Below the pieces are notes generated by a model. It did no database searches. It saw only the letters and a list, made by a program, of their open reading frames with translations, and was not told where the DNA came from. This document shows, piece by piece, positions 38,082-48,793 of a DNA stretch of 64,000 nucleotides (positions are counted from its first letter, which is position 1; every line of letters starts with the position of its first letter). Origin of the DNA: an uncultured Roseivirgaceae bacterium (GTDB lineage: Bacteria; Bacteroidota; Bacteroidia; Cytophagales; Cyclobacteriaceae); the NCBI GenBank assembly GCA_964398945.1, contig CAYNOT010000019.1:34443-98442 (forward strand). The letters run 5' to 3'. The position numbers and the translations under genes are program-made.

Positions 38082-38630
38082 TTACACGCTGAGTGACGCG
38101 AGTACTTCACGTGCTTGCCCCAAGTGTCTTTTCTCATGCGATACAATAATAGTAAATGCTTGTTCGAGTGTATATAAAATTGCTTTGCTGGCCGGTGAAT
38201 AAATGACAACGCCCGCTTCAATAAAACCGCTGCACGATTGAATGTGTTTCTTCAATTGTTCCTGGTGCGCAACAAATTTTTCCACAATGTCTGCATCAAT
38301 TGTACTGGTGGAGGGTTCCCAAATGGATTGGGTTTTGATTTTTTTACTACGCTCCGGTTCCACTGCTTTCAATATCATGTTGCCAACCCATTTGACATAA
38401 AACCCAAGTTTCCCCATAAAGGGCAATTGAAAAGTACCTTCGTGGAGTTGCTTGAAAATTGGATAGTAGCTTTCGTTGATCACGATTAAATGGTCAAGGT
38501 TTTGAGCAATGCTCCATTGGCCCGGTGACGGTTTTTTGTTGAGATCTTCACCGGAAAGGTTTCCAAATTCATTTTTGATTGCTTCCGTTACCTGATCAAG
38601 TTGGGTTGTCCAATGCGATGTGTCGGCCAT
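38082..38630 (-). CDS. DinB family protein
   Basis: Four-helix DinB pattern with conserved His residues (LDHLIV, SHEKRHLGQ). Confidence 0.75.
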   Translation of the reverse strand: MADTSHWTTQLDQVTEAIKNEFGNLSGEDLNKKPSPGQWSIAQNLDHLIVINESYYPIFKQLHEGTFQLPFMGKLGFYVKWVGNMILKAVEPERSKKIKTQSIWEPSTSTIDADIVEKFVAHQEQLKKHIQSCSGFIEAGVVIYSPASKAILYTLEQAFTIIVSHEKRHLGQAREVLASLSV

Positions 38631-38771
38631 GAATAATTTTCTAAATGTCTAAATTAATAACTATCAACTAAAGACTACCAACTAACCGAGTGAATATTCA
38701 TGAAAGAGTTCAGGCGTGTTATTTCGAATTTTGATGAAATCCTCTATATTGGTTCGACAAATTACCAAACC

Positions 38772-39152
38772 ATGATGATTTACGTAGTAGAGGATGATCC
38801 AATATATTCTGAGTTTATCCGTAGATCACTTTTAAGAAACCCGAATTATAAGGTATCAACCTTTCTTAGTGCAGAGGATGCGCTGATTGCAATTGAAAAG
38901 GAATTTCCGGAAGCTTTGATTATTGACTATAAACTCCCATCGATGAATGGCATTGAGCTGTACGACAAAATCAAAAACAAAGTCAACGATGACCACAAAA
39001 TAATTATGATGAGCGCGATTGATGATGGTAACCTTGTATTGAGTTTTATAAAACAAGGTGTTCGTGATTATGTTATTAAAGACGAATCCGTAATTGATTC
39101 CCTGGAGGCAATCCTGGAAGGAAAAGAAGACGACTATTATTTATTCGATTGA
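38772..39152 (+). CDS. response regulator, receiver domain only
   Basis: MMIYVVEDD, DYKLPSMNG and MMSA...K receiver motifs. No output domain. Confidence 0.85.
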   Translation: MMIYVVEDDPIYSEFIRRSLLRNPNYKVSTFLSAEDALIAIEKEFPEALIIDYKLPSMNGIELYDKIKNKVNDDHKIIMMSAIDDGNLVLSFIKQGVRDYVIKDESVIDSLEAILEGKEDDYYLFD

Positions 39153-39950
39153 TTCAGGAAGGCCTTTCGGCACTTTTATAATCACAGTGCTCCCTTCACC
39201 TAACTTGGAAGAAATTTGAATTTCACCACCTATCCGGTTGATCATTTTTTTCGCATTGTACAATCCCAACCCTGTAGTACTTTCCCCTGAAGTAGGTATT
39301 GCAGAAAGTTTTTGAAATCTTGAGAAAACTTTTGATATATCTTCCTCCGAAAACCCGGGGCCTTCATCCTTTATTTCAATACGAACATAGTCGCGTTTTG
39401 TATCACGGAGAGTTACAAAAATCTTCTTGTTGAATTCAGAAAATTTGATGGCATTCGAAAGCACGCTGTCAATGGCACGGCTAACACAAATGTTGTCAGA
39501 CTCGATTTTAATACCCGGATCAATATCGGTTTGGATTATAATCTCTTTCTTTTCTGCAAGGCTTCGGATATTCCGAACGCAACACGTTGCCAAATAACTG
39601 ATATCAATTTTCTCCGGAAGGATTTGAATGCCCCGATATTCTATGTTTCGAAAATCCACCAGGTTACGTATCAACCCCAATCCATCTGCAACTACCTGGT
39701 GTATTTTTCCCAGATAATCTTTATGTTCAGAAGTGAGTTTGCTTTTATCAAACTCCAACAATTGTGTGAGTGCAAAAATCCTGTTAAAGGGAGCCTTAAT
39801 GTCGTGTGAAACAACACTAAGGATTACTTGCTTCTCCAGGATTTCCTTTTTCCTGATTTTTTCATCCCGCTTCGATTTGATCAATAACCAAAGGGTTGAA
39901 AAAAGTAGGATCGGGCATACGATAGAAAGCGTGATCAAGGCGATATTCAC
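39141..39950 (-). CDS. sensor histidine kinase (HisKA plus HATPase_c)
   Basis: N-terminal TM, H-box SHDIKAPFNRI, G-boxes DEGPGF and GLGLYNAKK. Its 3' end overlaps the convergent receiver gene by 12 bp. Confidence 0.9.
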   Translation of the reverse strand: MNIALITLSIVCPILLFSTLWLLIKSKRDEKIRKKEILEKQVILSVVSHDIKAPFNRIFALTQLLEFDKSKLTSEHKDYLGKIHQVVADGLGLIRNLVDFRNIEYRGIQILPEKIDISYLATCCVRNIRSLAEKKEIIIQTDIDPGIKIESDNICVSRAIDSVLSNAIKFSEFNKKIFVTLRDTKRDYVRIEIKDEGPGFSEEDISKVFSRFQKLSAIPTSGESTTGLGLYNAKKMINRIGGEIQISSKLGEGSTVIIKVPKGLPESIE

Positions 39951-40012
39951 TATCGGTGGGATTTTAGGTTTACCGAAATATACTACAGCAAACCCCTAAA
40001 TCGGAAGGGATG

Positions 40013-40468
40013 TTAGATTTTAATCCGTATTTCGCTTTTATAGTCGACAGGAACATTGATCGGAATGCCCCTATAGTTAAGACGGATGCTTCCAACATAC
40101 CGGACATCCATTTTTTTTGCTCCGAGAATGCTAAAAAGTGTATTCATTAATCCCATTTCTTTTAAATCCAGCTTCACCTCCAACGGAACGGTAAACTCCG
40201 AATTTGCAGGGATCAACAATGCAAGTTTTTGATCCACCTTCCCGGCTTTTTTTCCTTCTATATAAATATCCAACTCAATTTTTTTGAGCCTCCCCTTCAT
40301 ATCATTGGGGTTGAAAAATACTGCGTTTGCTTTTAGCCGTGGTTCTTTATCCGTAGCATCGACCACCACGCCCTGAACATATTTAAAAACAATATCTTCC
40401 TCCGGTCGCTTGCAGGCCCCGAAACACATTACCAAACTTAAAATCAGAAAAAACCTTTTTACAATCAT
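40013..40468 (-). CDS. LEA type 2 (NDR1/HIN1-like) family lipoprotein
   Basis: Lipobox FGAC. Size and beta-sandwich pattern are typical of bacterial LEA_2 proteins. Confidence 0.55.
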   Translation of the reverse strand: MIVKRFFLILSLVMCFGACKRPEEDIVFKYVQGVVVDATDKEPRLKANAVFFNPNDMKGRLKKIELDIYIEGKKAGKVDQKLALLIPANSEFTVPLEVKLDLKEMGLMNTLFSILGAKKMDVRYVGSIRLNYRGIPINVPVDYKSEIRIKI

Positions 40469-40473
40469 ATACT

Positions 40474-42123
40474 CTATTTAAAAAATCCCGGGTGCTTTTC
40501 ATCCCATTCACTTGCCTCCTGATACGCCCTTCCCACGGCAATAACGGACGCTTCCCCAAATAATTTCCCCAGAAATGAAATACTGGTCGGACGGCCTTTG
40601 TCATCAAAACCATTGGGCACCACCAAACACGGATGGCCTGTTAAGTTTGTAACAAGAAGTTGGTTGCCCCCAAAGCTCGGTGAAATAATTACATCGTATC
40701 CGGATAGTTTTTTGTTATACTCCTCAATCAATGCCGTGCGCATGCGTGATGCATTGATGTATTCTACTGCGGGGATAAAGCGTGCTGTACGAAAAGAATT
40801 CGGCCACGACCAATTCAGTTGGCTCACCAACAAACTATCGCGATTTGATCTTGTTAATTCATCAAAGGCCGCGGCAGCTTCCGCGATCAACATCATACGA
40901 ATGGGGGTTACGGGAACATCGAAAGAAAAATCAATAGGTTCCGGATTAATCCCCAGCCCACGTATAACCTCCAATGTTTTTTGATCGGCATCTTTGTTAG
41001 GATAATCCGCTTCAAAAAAACTTTTGATGTATCCGATTTTTAGTTTCTTCAAATCTGTTTTTGATGAATAATTAAATGCAGCATCACGAACATTGGGATC
41101 AATGCCATCGCTTCCGCGGATGGTTTCGAACACCATCGCACAATCAAGTGCCGACCGTGCAATCGGGCCAATCTTATCCATGCTCCAACTCAACGCCATC
41201 GCACCATACCGGCTTACCCTTCCGTAGGTTGGCCGCAACCCGGAAACACCACACCGCGTACTTGGTGAGACAATCGACCCCAACGTTTCGGTACCGATAC
41301 TAAAGGCTACAAGACCCGCGGCTGTTGCAGCTGCCGAACCGGCAGAAGAACCACTTGACCCTTGTGTTAAGTCCCACGGGTTTTTAGTGACACCGCCATA
41401 CCACACATCGCCCATGGCCAGCGCGCCTAATGTAAATTTCGCAACGAGTATTGCGCCAGCAGCTTCAAGTTTTGTAACGATGGTTGCGGTCTCATCAATG
41501 GTTTGGTCTTTATAAGGCATCGCACCCCATGTAGTCCTTGTTCCCTTGATTGCAATCAAGTCTTTTACACCGAAAGGTATTCCATGCAAGGGGCCTTTAT
41601 AGTTGCCCGCGGCAATTTCCTGGTCTGCTTTCTTTGCCTGCGCATATCCGTATTCCTCCATCAGTGTAATAACACATTGCAATGTGTCCCCATAGTTTTT
41701 GAGACGATCGAGATACAGTTTTGTTAATTGCGTGGAGGTAATCTTTTTTGCTTTGATCAATACTGAAAGTTGTGCAACGGTATAGAACGCCAAGTCTTCT
41801 GGATTGGCCGGTACTTTCACATTGGAAGGTAATCCCCAGTCAATGGGGATTTGTTTTTGATCGATAACAAAACCTTGCGGGAGCGGATTGAATTGCAGCG
41901 ACATACCGACCGAATTCGAAAGCACATATTCATGGATGGCCCTGATCGAGGCCTGATTGTTTTGTAATCCTTGCAACAACTGTTCACGTTCTGCACTTGT
42001 AAAATCCAAGTCAAGAAATGGCTCAATCGATTGCGTGGGGGAATCTTGTGCCGCGACAGTGAAATTCTGCAACGTACACACTGCAACAAAAAATAAAAGC
42101 GTGTAACTTGTAAACCTTTTCAT
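40474..42123 (-). CDS. amidase (amidase-signature family), secreted
   Basis: Signal peptide and amidase signature GSSGSSAGSAAATAAG with upstream GIPFGVKD. Confidence 0.9.
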   Translation of the reverse strand: MKRFTSYTLLFFVAVCTLQNFTVAAQDSPTQSIEPFLDLDFTSAEREQLLQGLQNNQASIRAIHEYVLSNSVGMSLQFNPLPQGFVIDQKQIPIDWGLPSNVKVPANPEDLAFYTVAQLSVLIKAKKITSTQLTKLYLDRLKNYGDTLQCVITLMEEYGYAQAKKADQEIAAGNYKGPLHGIPFGVKDLIAIKGTRTTWGAMPYKDQTIDETATIVTKLEAAGAILVAKFTLGALAMGDVWYGGVTKNPWDLTQGSSGSSAGSAAATAAGLVAFSIGTETLGSIVSPSTRCGVSGLRPTYGRVSRYGAMALSWSMDKIGPIARSALDCAMVFETIRGSDGIDPNVRDAAFNYSSKTDLKKLKIGYIKSFFEADYPNKDADQKTLEVIRGLGINPEPIDFSFDVPVTPIRMMLIAEAAAAFDELTRSNRDSLLVSQLNWSWPNSFRTARFIPAVEYINASRMRTALIEEYNKKLSGYDVIISPSFGGNQLLVTNLTGHPCLVVPNGFDDKGRPTSISFLGKLFGEASVIAVGRAYQEASEWDEKHPGFFK

Positions 42124-42148
42124 GTTGATAATAGAATTTCCCTTAAAG

Positions 42149-42619
42149 ATGAAACAATATTTCTTAAAACTCTATCAATATAATGCCTGGGCAAATAATC
42201 AGGTGATGAAATGTTTAATAAGCCAATCCGTGGCAGATGAAAAAGCCTTGTCGATCATGAGCCATTTGCTTGCGGCTCCTTTTATTTGGCTAAACCGCAT
42301 CAAGGGATTGCCTAAATCTGAAGTGAAATTGTGGGAAACCCAATCGTTGGAAACATTGGAAAAAATGGCGGAGGAAGGCGCTGCCATTTGGTTGGATTTT
42401 ATTGAAAACACAGAGTCGTTTGATCGTGATTTGTCGTACACCAACTACGTGGGCAGCCCGTATGTGACCAACGTAGAGCAGATCATGATCCATTTGGTAA
42501 ACCATGGCAGCTACCACCGAGGACAAGTTGCTATGCGTGTCCGTCAAATTGGATTGGAGCCTGTCAATACAGATTACATTACCTATGACCGTGTTGTTAC
42601 CGGTCAAATTACTATTTAG
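42149..42619 (+). CDS. DinB family protein
   Basis: MKQYFLKLYQYNAWAN N-terminus and HLVNHGSYHRGQ motif. ORF track start 42122 is probably too early. Confidence 0.8.
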   Translation: MKQYFLKLYQYNAWANNQVMKCLISQSVADEKALSIMSHLLAAPFIWLNRIKGLPKSEVKLWETQSLETLEKMAEEGAAIWLDFIENTESFDRDLSYTNYVGSPYVTNVEQIMIHLVNHGSYHRGQVAMRVRQIGLEPVNTDYITYDRVVTGQITI

Positions 42620-42627
42620 GAAACACT

Positions 42628-44394
42628 ATGAAAGTATTCAAACACACTGTGTTAATTGCAACGATTTGCTTTTCAATGCAACTTCACCAACTCCATGCAC
42701 AAAATCTGCATACCAACGGAAAGTATATTGTCAACGGGGATGGTGAAGAAGTCATCTTGCGCGGGATGGGGCTTGGTGGATGGATGTTGCAGGAAGGATA
42801 TATGTTACAAACTGGTAGTTTCGCAGGGCCTCAATATAAAATCCGGCAAAAAATCAAAGACCTCATCGGTGAAGATGATACGAAAGCATTTTATGATGCG
42901 TGGTTAAGCAACCATTGTACAAAACAAGATATTGATTCATTGGCAGCATGGGGTTTCAATTCGGTACGGTTGCCGATGCATTATAATTTGTTTACACTTC
43001 CTATTGAAGAAGAACCCATTGCCGGTGAAAATACCTGGCTCGAAAAAGGGTTTGCAATGACGGACAGTCTATTGAAATGGTGCGAAGCAAACCAGCTGTA
43101 TTTGATTCTGGATTTACATGCAGCCCCGGGTGGTCAGGGAAATGATGCCAATATTTCCGATTATGATACTACCAAACCATCGCTTTGGGAAAGCGAAGCC
43201 AACAAACTAAAAACAATTGCGCTCTGGAAAAAACTGGCCGAACGCTATGTGAATGAAGAGTGGATTGGCGGCTACGATTTAATCAATGAACCGAATTGGA
43301 ATTTTGTTGAAGGTGGGCACCCGAATGGTTGCGATGAAGAATCCAATGCACCGCTTCGAAAACTATATCTGGATATCACCGAAGCGATCCGGTCTGTAGA
43401 CCAAAACCACATCATCTTCATAGAAGGAAATTGTTGGGGGAATAATTACAAAGGGATTTTTCCGAAATGGGATTCCAATATGGTGGTAAGTTTTCACAAA
43501 TACTGGAATTACAACACCACTGAAGCCATTCAATATGCACTGGATATCCGCGAAGAAAATAATCTGCCCATTTGGTTAGGTGAGTCTGGCGAAAATTCAA
43601 ATACCTGGTTTACCGATGCAATCCGGTTGATGGAATCAAACAATATTGGTTGGGCGTGGTGGCCATTAAAAAAAGTTGGATCCATTGTTAATCCGCTTAC
43701 GATTAAAAAAACGGACGGCTACACCACACTTTTAAAGTATTGGGAAAAAGGCGGAACAAAACCCACTGTGGAGTTTTCCAGGAATACGTTGATGGAACTT
43801 GCTGCGAACACCCATATTCAAAATACAATTTACAGGCCCGATGTAATCGATGCGATGTTTCGTCAGGTCCATGAATCCGGAACAAAACCCTATTCTCAAA
43901 ATAATGTGCCCGGTATAATCTTCGCAACAGATTTTGATTTGGGAGGAAATGGTATCGCCTATTGGGACAGCGACACCGCCAACTATTGGGTAAGTTCAGG
44001 TGAAAGGAGTGCCTGGAATTCCGGCTATAGTTATAGAAATGACGGTGTCGATATTGAGGCATGTTCTGATACTGACCCGGGTTCAAACCATTATAACATC
44101 GGGTGGACAAAAGATGGGGAGTGGTTGAACTATACCCTGAATGTAAATGCTACCGGGGTTTATGATATTGTCATTCGCTACGCAATGGCAAACGGGCCCA
44201 GTACGATCGCAGTAAAAATAAATGGGGCCGATGTCGCTTTTTCCAAAACACTGACTTCCACAGGAGGTGATCAAAAATGGAAAAACATAAAAGTTGGTAG
44301 TGTTCATTTGGCAAAAGGCTCGCAAACGTTCACATTGCTATTTGAAAAAGGCGGTGCAAATATTGGGTTTATAAAATTCTCCCCGAAAAAATAA
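42628..44394 (+). CDS. glycoside hydrolase family 5 (cellulase/beta-glycanase) with C-terminal CBM6-like module
   Basis: Signal peptide, LINEPNW (acid/base Glu), LGESGEN (nucleophile Glu). C-terminal YNIGWTKDGEWLNYTLNV...YDIVIRYA is typical of CBM6. Confidence 0.85.
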   Translation: MKVFKHTVLIATICFSMQLHQLHAQNLHTNGKYIVNGDGEEVILRGMGLGGWMLQEGYMLQTGSFAGPQYKIRQKIKDLIGEDDTKAFYDAWLSNHCTKQDIDSLAAWGFNSVRLPMHYNLFTLPIEEEPIAGENTWLEKGFAMTDSLLKWCEANQLYLILDLHAAPGGQGNDANISDYDTTKPSLWESEANKLKTIALWKKLAERYVNEEWIGGYDLINEPNWNFVEGGHPNGCDEESNAPLRKLYLDITEAIRSVDQNHIIFIEGNCWGNNYKGIFPKWDSNMVVSFHKYWNYNTTEAIQYALDIREENNLPIWLGESGENSNTWFTDAIRLMESNNIGWAWWPLKKVGSIVNPLTIKKTDGYTTLLKYWEKGGTKPTVEFSRNTLMELAANTHIQNTIYRPDVIDAMFRQVHESGTKPYSQNNVPGIIFATDFDLGGNGIAYWDSDTANYWVSSGERSAWNSGYSYRNDGVDIEACSDTDPGSNHYNIGWTKDGEWLNYTLNVNATGVYDIVIRYAMANGPSTIAVKINGADVAFSKTLTSTGGDQKWKNIKVGSVHLAKGSQTFTLLFEKGGANIGFIKFSPKK

Positions 44395-44473
44395 ATTCAA
44401 ACTATTTTCGCTTCCGCAAATAGTCCGGGTCTGTCTCTGGAATTTATTGGTAAATTGTATAAAAATAAGACCC

Positions 44474-45319
44474 ATGAAAAAAATTGCTACCCTCTTTTTC
44501 CTGTGCTACTCCTTTCAGGGATTTACGCAAGATGATATCACGATCTGTCACACACCTGCCACTGAAAAATTTGCATTGTTCGCGTCCAATAAATCATTCA
44601 ATGCAGAGCATCAACTACCACGCAAGTATGTGCATGAAACATTGGCCGGGGGAAAGATGGTCCAATTTGATTGCAGTGATGGGTTAAAGGCAAATGCTTT
44701 TCTTCTTAAAGCAAAGAAAAAATCAACGAACTGGATTTTTGTTTTTCAGGAGTGGTGGGGATTGAACGATAACATCAAACGACAATCTGAGGAATTATTC
44801 AAAGCATTGGGCGGGACCGTAAATGTAATCGCATTGGATATGTATGATGGCAACGTTGCTACTGACCGGGAAACGGCAGGAAAGTATATGCAAGAATTTA
44901 AGCCCGAGCGTGGTGAAAGCATTGTAAAAGGTGCTATGGCTTTCGCAGGTACTGACGCACGAATTGGCACGATCGGTTGGTGCTTTGGGGGCGGCCTGTC
45001 CTTGCAAGCTGCTTTGATTGCCGGCCCCCAAGCGGTAGGGTGTGTAATGTATTATGGAATGCCCGAAGAAGATGTTGAGAAACTAAAAAAATTAAATTCC
45101 GATGTGTTGAACATCTGGCCAACCCAAGACCAATGGATCAATAAAGAGGTGATGGATAAGTTTGAAAAAAATATGAATGCTGCCGGGAAACAATTAACTG
45201 TAAAAGCATATAATGCAGGTCATGGATTTGCCAATCCGAGCAATCCCGCTTCCTATAATAAAGAAGCTACTGATGATGCAAATAAACACATGCTCGAATA
45301 TTTTAAATCCAGGTTTTAA
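44474..45319 (+). CDS. dienelactone hydrolase family protein
   Basis: Signal peptide, GWCFGG nucleophile motif, C-terminal GHGF. Confidence 0.85.
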   Translation: MKKIATLFFLCYSFQGFTQDDITICHTPATEKFALFASNKSFNAEHQLPRKYVHETLAGGKMVQFDCSDGLKANAFLLKAKKKSTNWIFVFQEWWGLNDNIKRQSEELFKALGGTVNVIALDMYDGNVATDRETAGKYMQEFKPERGESIVKGAMAFAGTDARIGTIGWCFGGGLSLQAALIAGPQAVGCVMYYGMPEEDVEKLKKLNSDVLNIWPTQDQWINKEVMDKFEKNMNAAGKQLTVKAYNAGHGFANPSNPASYNKEATDDANKHMLEYFKSRF

Positions 45320-45320
45320 A

Positions 45321-45359
45321 AATTGGTAGCGATGTTATCATTATATATAGCTACCAATT
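45321..45359. terminator. bidirectional hairpin between convergent genes
   Basis: AATTGGTAGC (45321-45330) pairs perfectly with GCTACCAATT (45350-45359). The second arm overlaps the last codons of the CBS gene. Confidence 0.5.
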
Positions 45360-45776
45360 ATCCAGCATATATTTTATAACATCCGTGGTGGTAACGATTC
45401 CCACCAATGTAGTGGCATCTTTCTTTGCAACCACCGGAAGCGCATGAAATTCTTCTTTCGATAAAATTGTAGCTACTTCATGAATAGTGGTTTCATCGTT
45501 CACCACACGGGGCTTGCTGGTCATCACATGGCCAATCGTGAGCATTTCAAAAACCGACTCATCTGTATCGCCTTCACCGGGCATGAGTGCAGAAAACGTT
45601 AGCCGATCAATATCGGTGCGACTGATTATCCCTACCAGTTTATTCTCCCGCTCCACAGGGATATGGCGGATGTGGTGTTTTTTTATCAGGCGGCTTACAT
45701 CACTTAAGCTATCATTTAATTGAACACTGACCACACTGGTGGACATAATGTTCCGTACGGGTTCGTTCTTTTTCAT
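45351..45776 (-). CDS. CBS domain pair protein
   Basis: Two CBS repeats (HHIRHIPV..LVGIISRTD and FHALPVV...LVGIVTTTD). Confidence 0.85.
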   Translation of the reverse strand: MKKNEPVRNIMSTSVVSVQLNDSLSDVSRLIKKHHIRHIPVERENKLVGIISRTDIDRLTFSALMPGEGDTDESVFEMLTIGHVMTSKPRVVNDETTIHEVATILSKEEFHALPVVAKKDATTLVGIVTTTDVIKYMLDNW

Positions 45777-46027
45777 TTTGATTTGGATTAAATGGTTGTC
45801 AACAAATCCTAATCAAAACTATCTGTATTACCGGGCCAAAGGGCTGACAAAAATCAAGATTCACACAAGCATTTGTCATAAACCCCCAACCGTTATTATT
45901 CAAAAGAATACTTTGCAGGGATCAAGGGGTGGTATCTCAACTAAACCACATTGTTACCGGAATATAAAAAAACCATTTGATTCAATACCGGGGATACTCG
46001 AAATTTCGGTATCTTATATTTTTGATT

Positions 46028-47041
46028 ATGAAAAATCAATATCCCCTCTTATTCTTTTGCATACTGACAAGCCCGGTTTTATTCGCGCAGAATGACACGC
46101 TCGTCCTGAAGAACAAAGATATTATTGTAGGGGAGTTGAAGGCAATGAACAAAGGTGTTGCCGTCATTGAAACCGATTATAGTAAAGATGATTTTAAAAT
46201 CAAATGGGATGGTGTAAGCAAAGTGATTACTACTTCGTCCTATTCCGTTACTTCCAGTGATGGTAAACGCCACATGGGTCGACTCTACTCACCAGCTGAT
46301 GGTACTGTTATTATTTACAATCAAGATAGTATACCGTTTCGCTGTGCTATTGAAGAGATCGTTCTCCTTAATCCGGTAAAAACCAGTTTCTGGGAAAACC
46401 TTTCTGCTTCCATTAGCTTAGGCTATAGCCTCACACGCGCACAAAACCTGAAACAACTTTCTGCACGTAGCAGTATGGGTTATAAAACCAAACGTTGGTC
46501 TGGCATGCTTTCCTTTGATGCCATCCATTCCACGCAAGATGATGTAGATCCTGTTTTCAGGCGTGACGGAACCTTCACGTACAATTACCTTCTTCCCAAA
46601 GATTGGTACATCCCTGTATCGGTAACATACTTATCGAACACCGAGCAAAAAATAGAAGGTCGGATATTAACCAAACTAGGGTTGGGCAAATTCCTAATCC
46701 ATAGCAACAAAGCCTATTGGGGATTTTCCGCAGGAGCCAACTACAACTATGAAAATTATTTTAATGAATCATCAAACCGAAAAAGTTGGGAAGGATTTGT
46801 TGGGACTGAGCTCAACCTTTTTGATATCGGTGACTTAAGTTTATTGACACGCGTGGTGGGGTATCCAAGTTTCACCGAATCAGGTCGCTTTCGTTCCGAT
46901 TTTACATTCGATATGAAATACGATTTACCGTTTGATTTCTTCATCAATTTAGGCGTTACCATTAACTATGATAACCGCCCGGTCGAAGATGCAACGGCCA
47001 CTGACTACGTATTGCAAACAACATTTGGATGGAAACTATAA
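46028..47041 (+). CDS. DUF481-like outer-membrane protein
   Basis: Start at ATG 46028 with signal peptide MKNQYPLLFFCILTSPVLFAQ. N-terminal small domain plus beta-barrel pattern. Confidence 0.55.
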   Translation: MKNQYPLLFFCILTSPVLFAQNDTLVLKNKDIIVGELKAMNKGVAVIETDYSKDDFKIKWDGVSKVITTSSYSVTSSDGKRHMGRLYSPADGTVIIYNQDSIPFRCAIEEIVLLNPVKTSFWENLSASISLGYSLTRAQNLKQLSARSSMGYKTKRWSGMLSFDAIHSTQDDVDPVFRRDGTFTYNYLLPKDWYIPVSVTYLSNTEQKIEGRILTKLGLGKFLIHSNKAYWGFSAGANYNYENYFNESSNRKSWEGFVGTELNLFDIGDLSLLTRVVGYPSFTESGRFRSDFTFDMKYDLPFDFFINLGVTINYDNRPVEDATATDYVLQTTFGWKL

Positions 47042-47045
47042 GCGT

Positions 47046-48689
47046 CTATTCCCAAATCACCAATCCTTCTTTTTGATACCACTTGGGATAACTTGGCATG
47101 TGGATTTTTTCGACTTCACCACGCCTGACCTTTAGTGAGGGTGTCATTAACGAATTCTCAATCGACCAATCTTCTTTCATGATCACCACCGATTCAATTC
47201 GTTCATAACTTTGAAGTTTCTGGTTGAGGGCCATGACCGTTGTGCTCAAACTTTCAATCACCTGGTTTTGATTTTTGGCTTTCCCTGCTTCCGATAACAC
47301 TACCAATGCCAGGGGTTGGGGTATGCCCATCCCCACCACACACACTTGCTCAATGTCTGTATTGATAGCGAGTTCTTTTTCAATTTTTGCCGGGGCAATA
47401 TATTTGCCTTTATCGGTTTTGAACAAGTCTTTGATACGACCGGTGATTTTTAAATATCCTTCACTATCTATTTCGCCTTTGTCGCCCGTGTGGAGAAACC
47501 CATCCTTCAATACCTCCGCAGTCAATTCCGGTTGTTTGTAATAGCCCAACATTAACGCTTCATGCTTAACCAGTATTTCATCTTCCTCTCCAAGTTTTAC
47601 TTCTACACTGGAAAAGGGTTGGCCCACGGTCCCAATTTTTATCCGGTCGCGGTGATTGTGGTGCGAAAAGCATGTATTCTCAGTCATCGCATACGCCTCT
47701 TGAATATTGATGCCCAATTTTTTAAACCACAACAACAAGCTCTCCGGAATGGGGGCTGCACCGGAGAAAATAAATTCGGCTTTGCCCAACCCTAGTTTTT
47801 TACGAATGCTTTTTTTAATTACCGTACTTACAAGTGGGATGCCCAGCAATGTATCCAATTTCTTTTGTGGCAATTTCTGAAGAATCTTCTCCTGGAACTT
47901 TGCCCAAATACGTGGCACCGCCAAGAAAACAGTAGGCTGAGTATCCATCAAGTTTGCAGGGAATTTTTCAAGTGATTCCGGAAAAGATATTGCAGCACCG
48001 GAGTAAAGCCCACCCATCTCTACCAATAAGCGTTCGGCAATATGGCTCAATGGCAAATAAGAAAAATAGCGTTGCCCGGTCCTTCGTACACCAATTTCAT
48101 CCAATGCATTTTCAATCACAAAATGAAAAGATTTAAAATCGATCATCACACCTTTTGGTGTTCCTGTTGTACCAGAGGTGTACATAATCGTTGCCAATTC
48201 CGAGGGATACCTTTTAGGGAATTCACCAATGCCCCCTTCTTGAACTAATTCTTCCCAGCGTTCCCCTTCTTCTATCCCATACGTGCCAATACTAATGCGT
48301 TGGATTGCAGAAGGAATACCGGCTTGTTGTGATCGGTAATCATCCAACTTGCCTAAAAAAATCACCTTCGATTCGCTATGCTCTAAAATCTCGCGGATGG
48401 AGGAAGCAGATAGTGTGGGGTATAAGGGGACCGAAATATGCCCTGCCATCCAAATGGCAAAATCGGCCATAATCCAATGGGCACAATTTTTCGATAACAA
48501 GGCAACTTTACTATTCGGTGGCAAGTTGAGGTTGCGCAAATACGTTGCAATCTTTTTTGTTTCAATTGCAGCTTCTTCAAACGTCCATGCCCTCCATGTA
48601 CCATTGATCGGTTGCCGCAAAAAAATATTCTTCGGTGTAGCCTCTTCCCAATATAGAAAAGTGTCTACTGCAGTTTTAGTTGAGTCCAT
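47046..48689 (-). CDS. AMP-dependent synthetase/ligase (long-chain fatty acid-CoA ligase-like)
   Basis: YTSGTTGTPKGV AMP-binding motif, GDKGEIDSEGYLKITGRIKD. Confidence 0.9.
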   Translation of the reverse strand: MDSTKTAVDTFLYWEEATPKNIFLRQPINGTWRAWTFEEAAIETKKIATYLRNLNLPPNSKVALLSKNCAHWIMADFAIWMAGHISVPLYPTLSASSIREILEHSESKVIFLGKLDDYRSQQAGIPSAIQRISIGTYGIEEGERWEELVQEGGIGEFPKRYPSELATIMYTSGTTGTPKGVMIDFKSFHFVIENALDEIGVRRTGQRYFSYLPLSHIAERLLVEMGGLYSGAAISFPESLEKFPANLMDTQPTVFLAVPRIWAKFQEKILQKLPQKKLDTLLGIPLVSTVIKKSIRKKLGLGKAEFIFSGAAPIPESLLLWFKKLGINIQEAYAMTENTCFSHHNHRDRIKIGTVGQPFSSVEVKLGEEDEILVKHEALMLGYYKQPELTAEVLKDGFLHTGDKGEIDSEGYLKITGRIKDLFKTDKGKYIAPAKIEKELAINTDIEQVCVVGMGIPQPLALVVLSEAGKAKNQNQVIESLSTTVMALNQKLQSYERIESVVIMKEDWSIENSLMTPSLKVRRGEVEKIHMPSYPKWYQKEGLVIWE

Positions 48690-48793
48690 ACGGGTTTGGT
48701 TAACGAACCAATATAATTAAACTGTTCATTTTATAACGATTCATTTGTAAAAGAATCAGAATAGAATGATTATCTTGTTTAGAATCACCTTTC

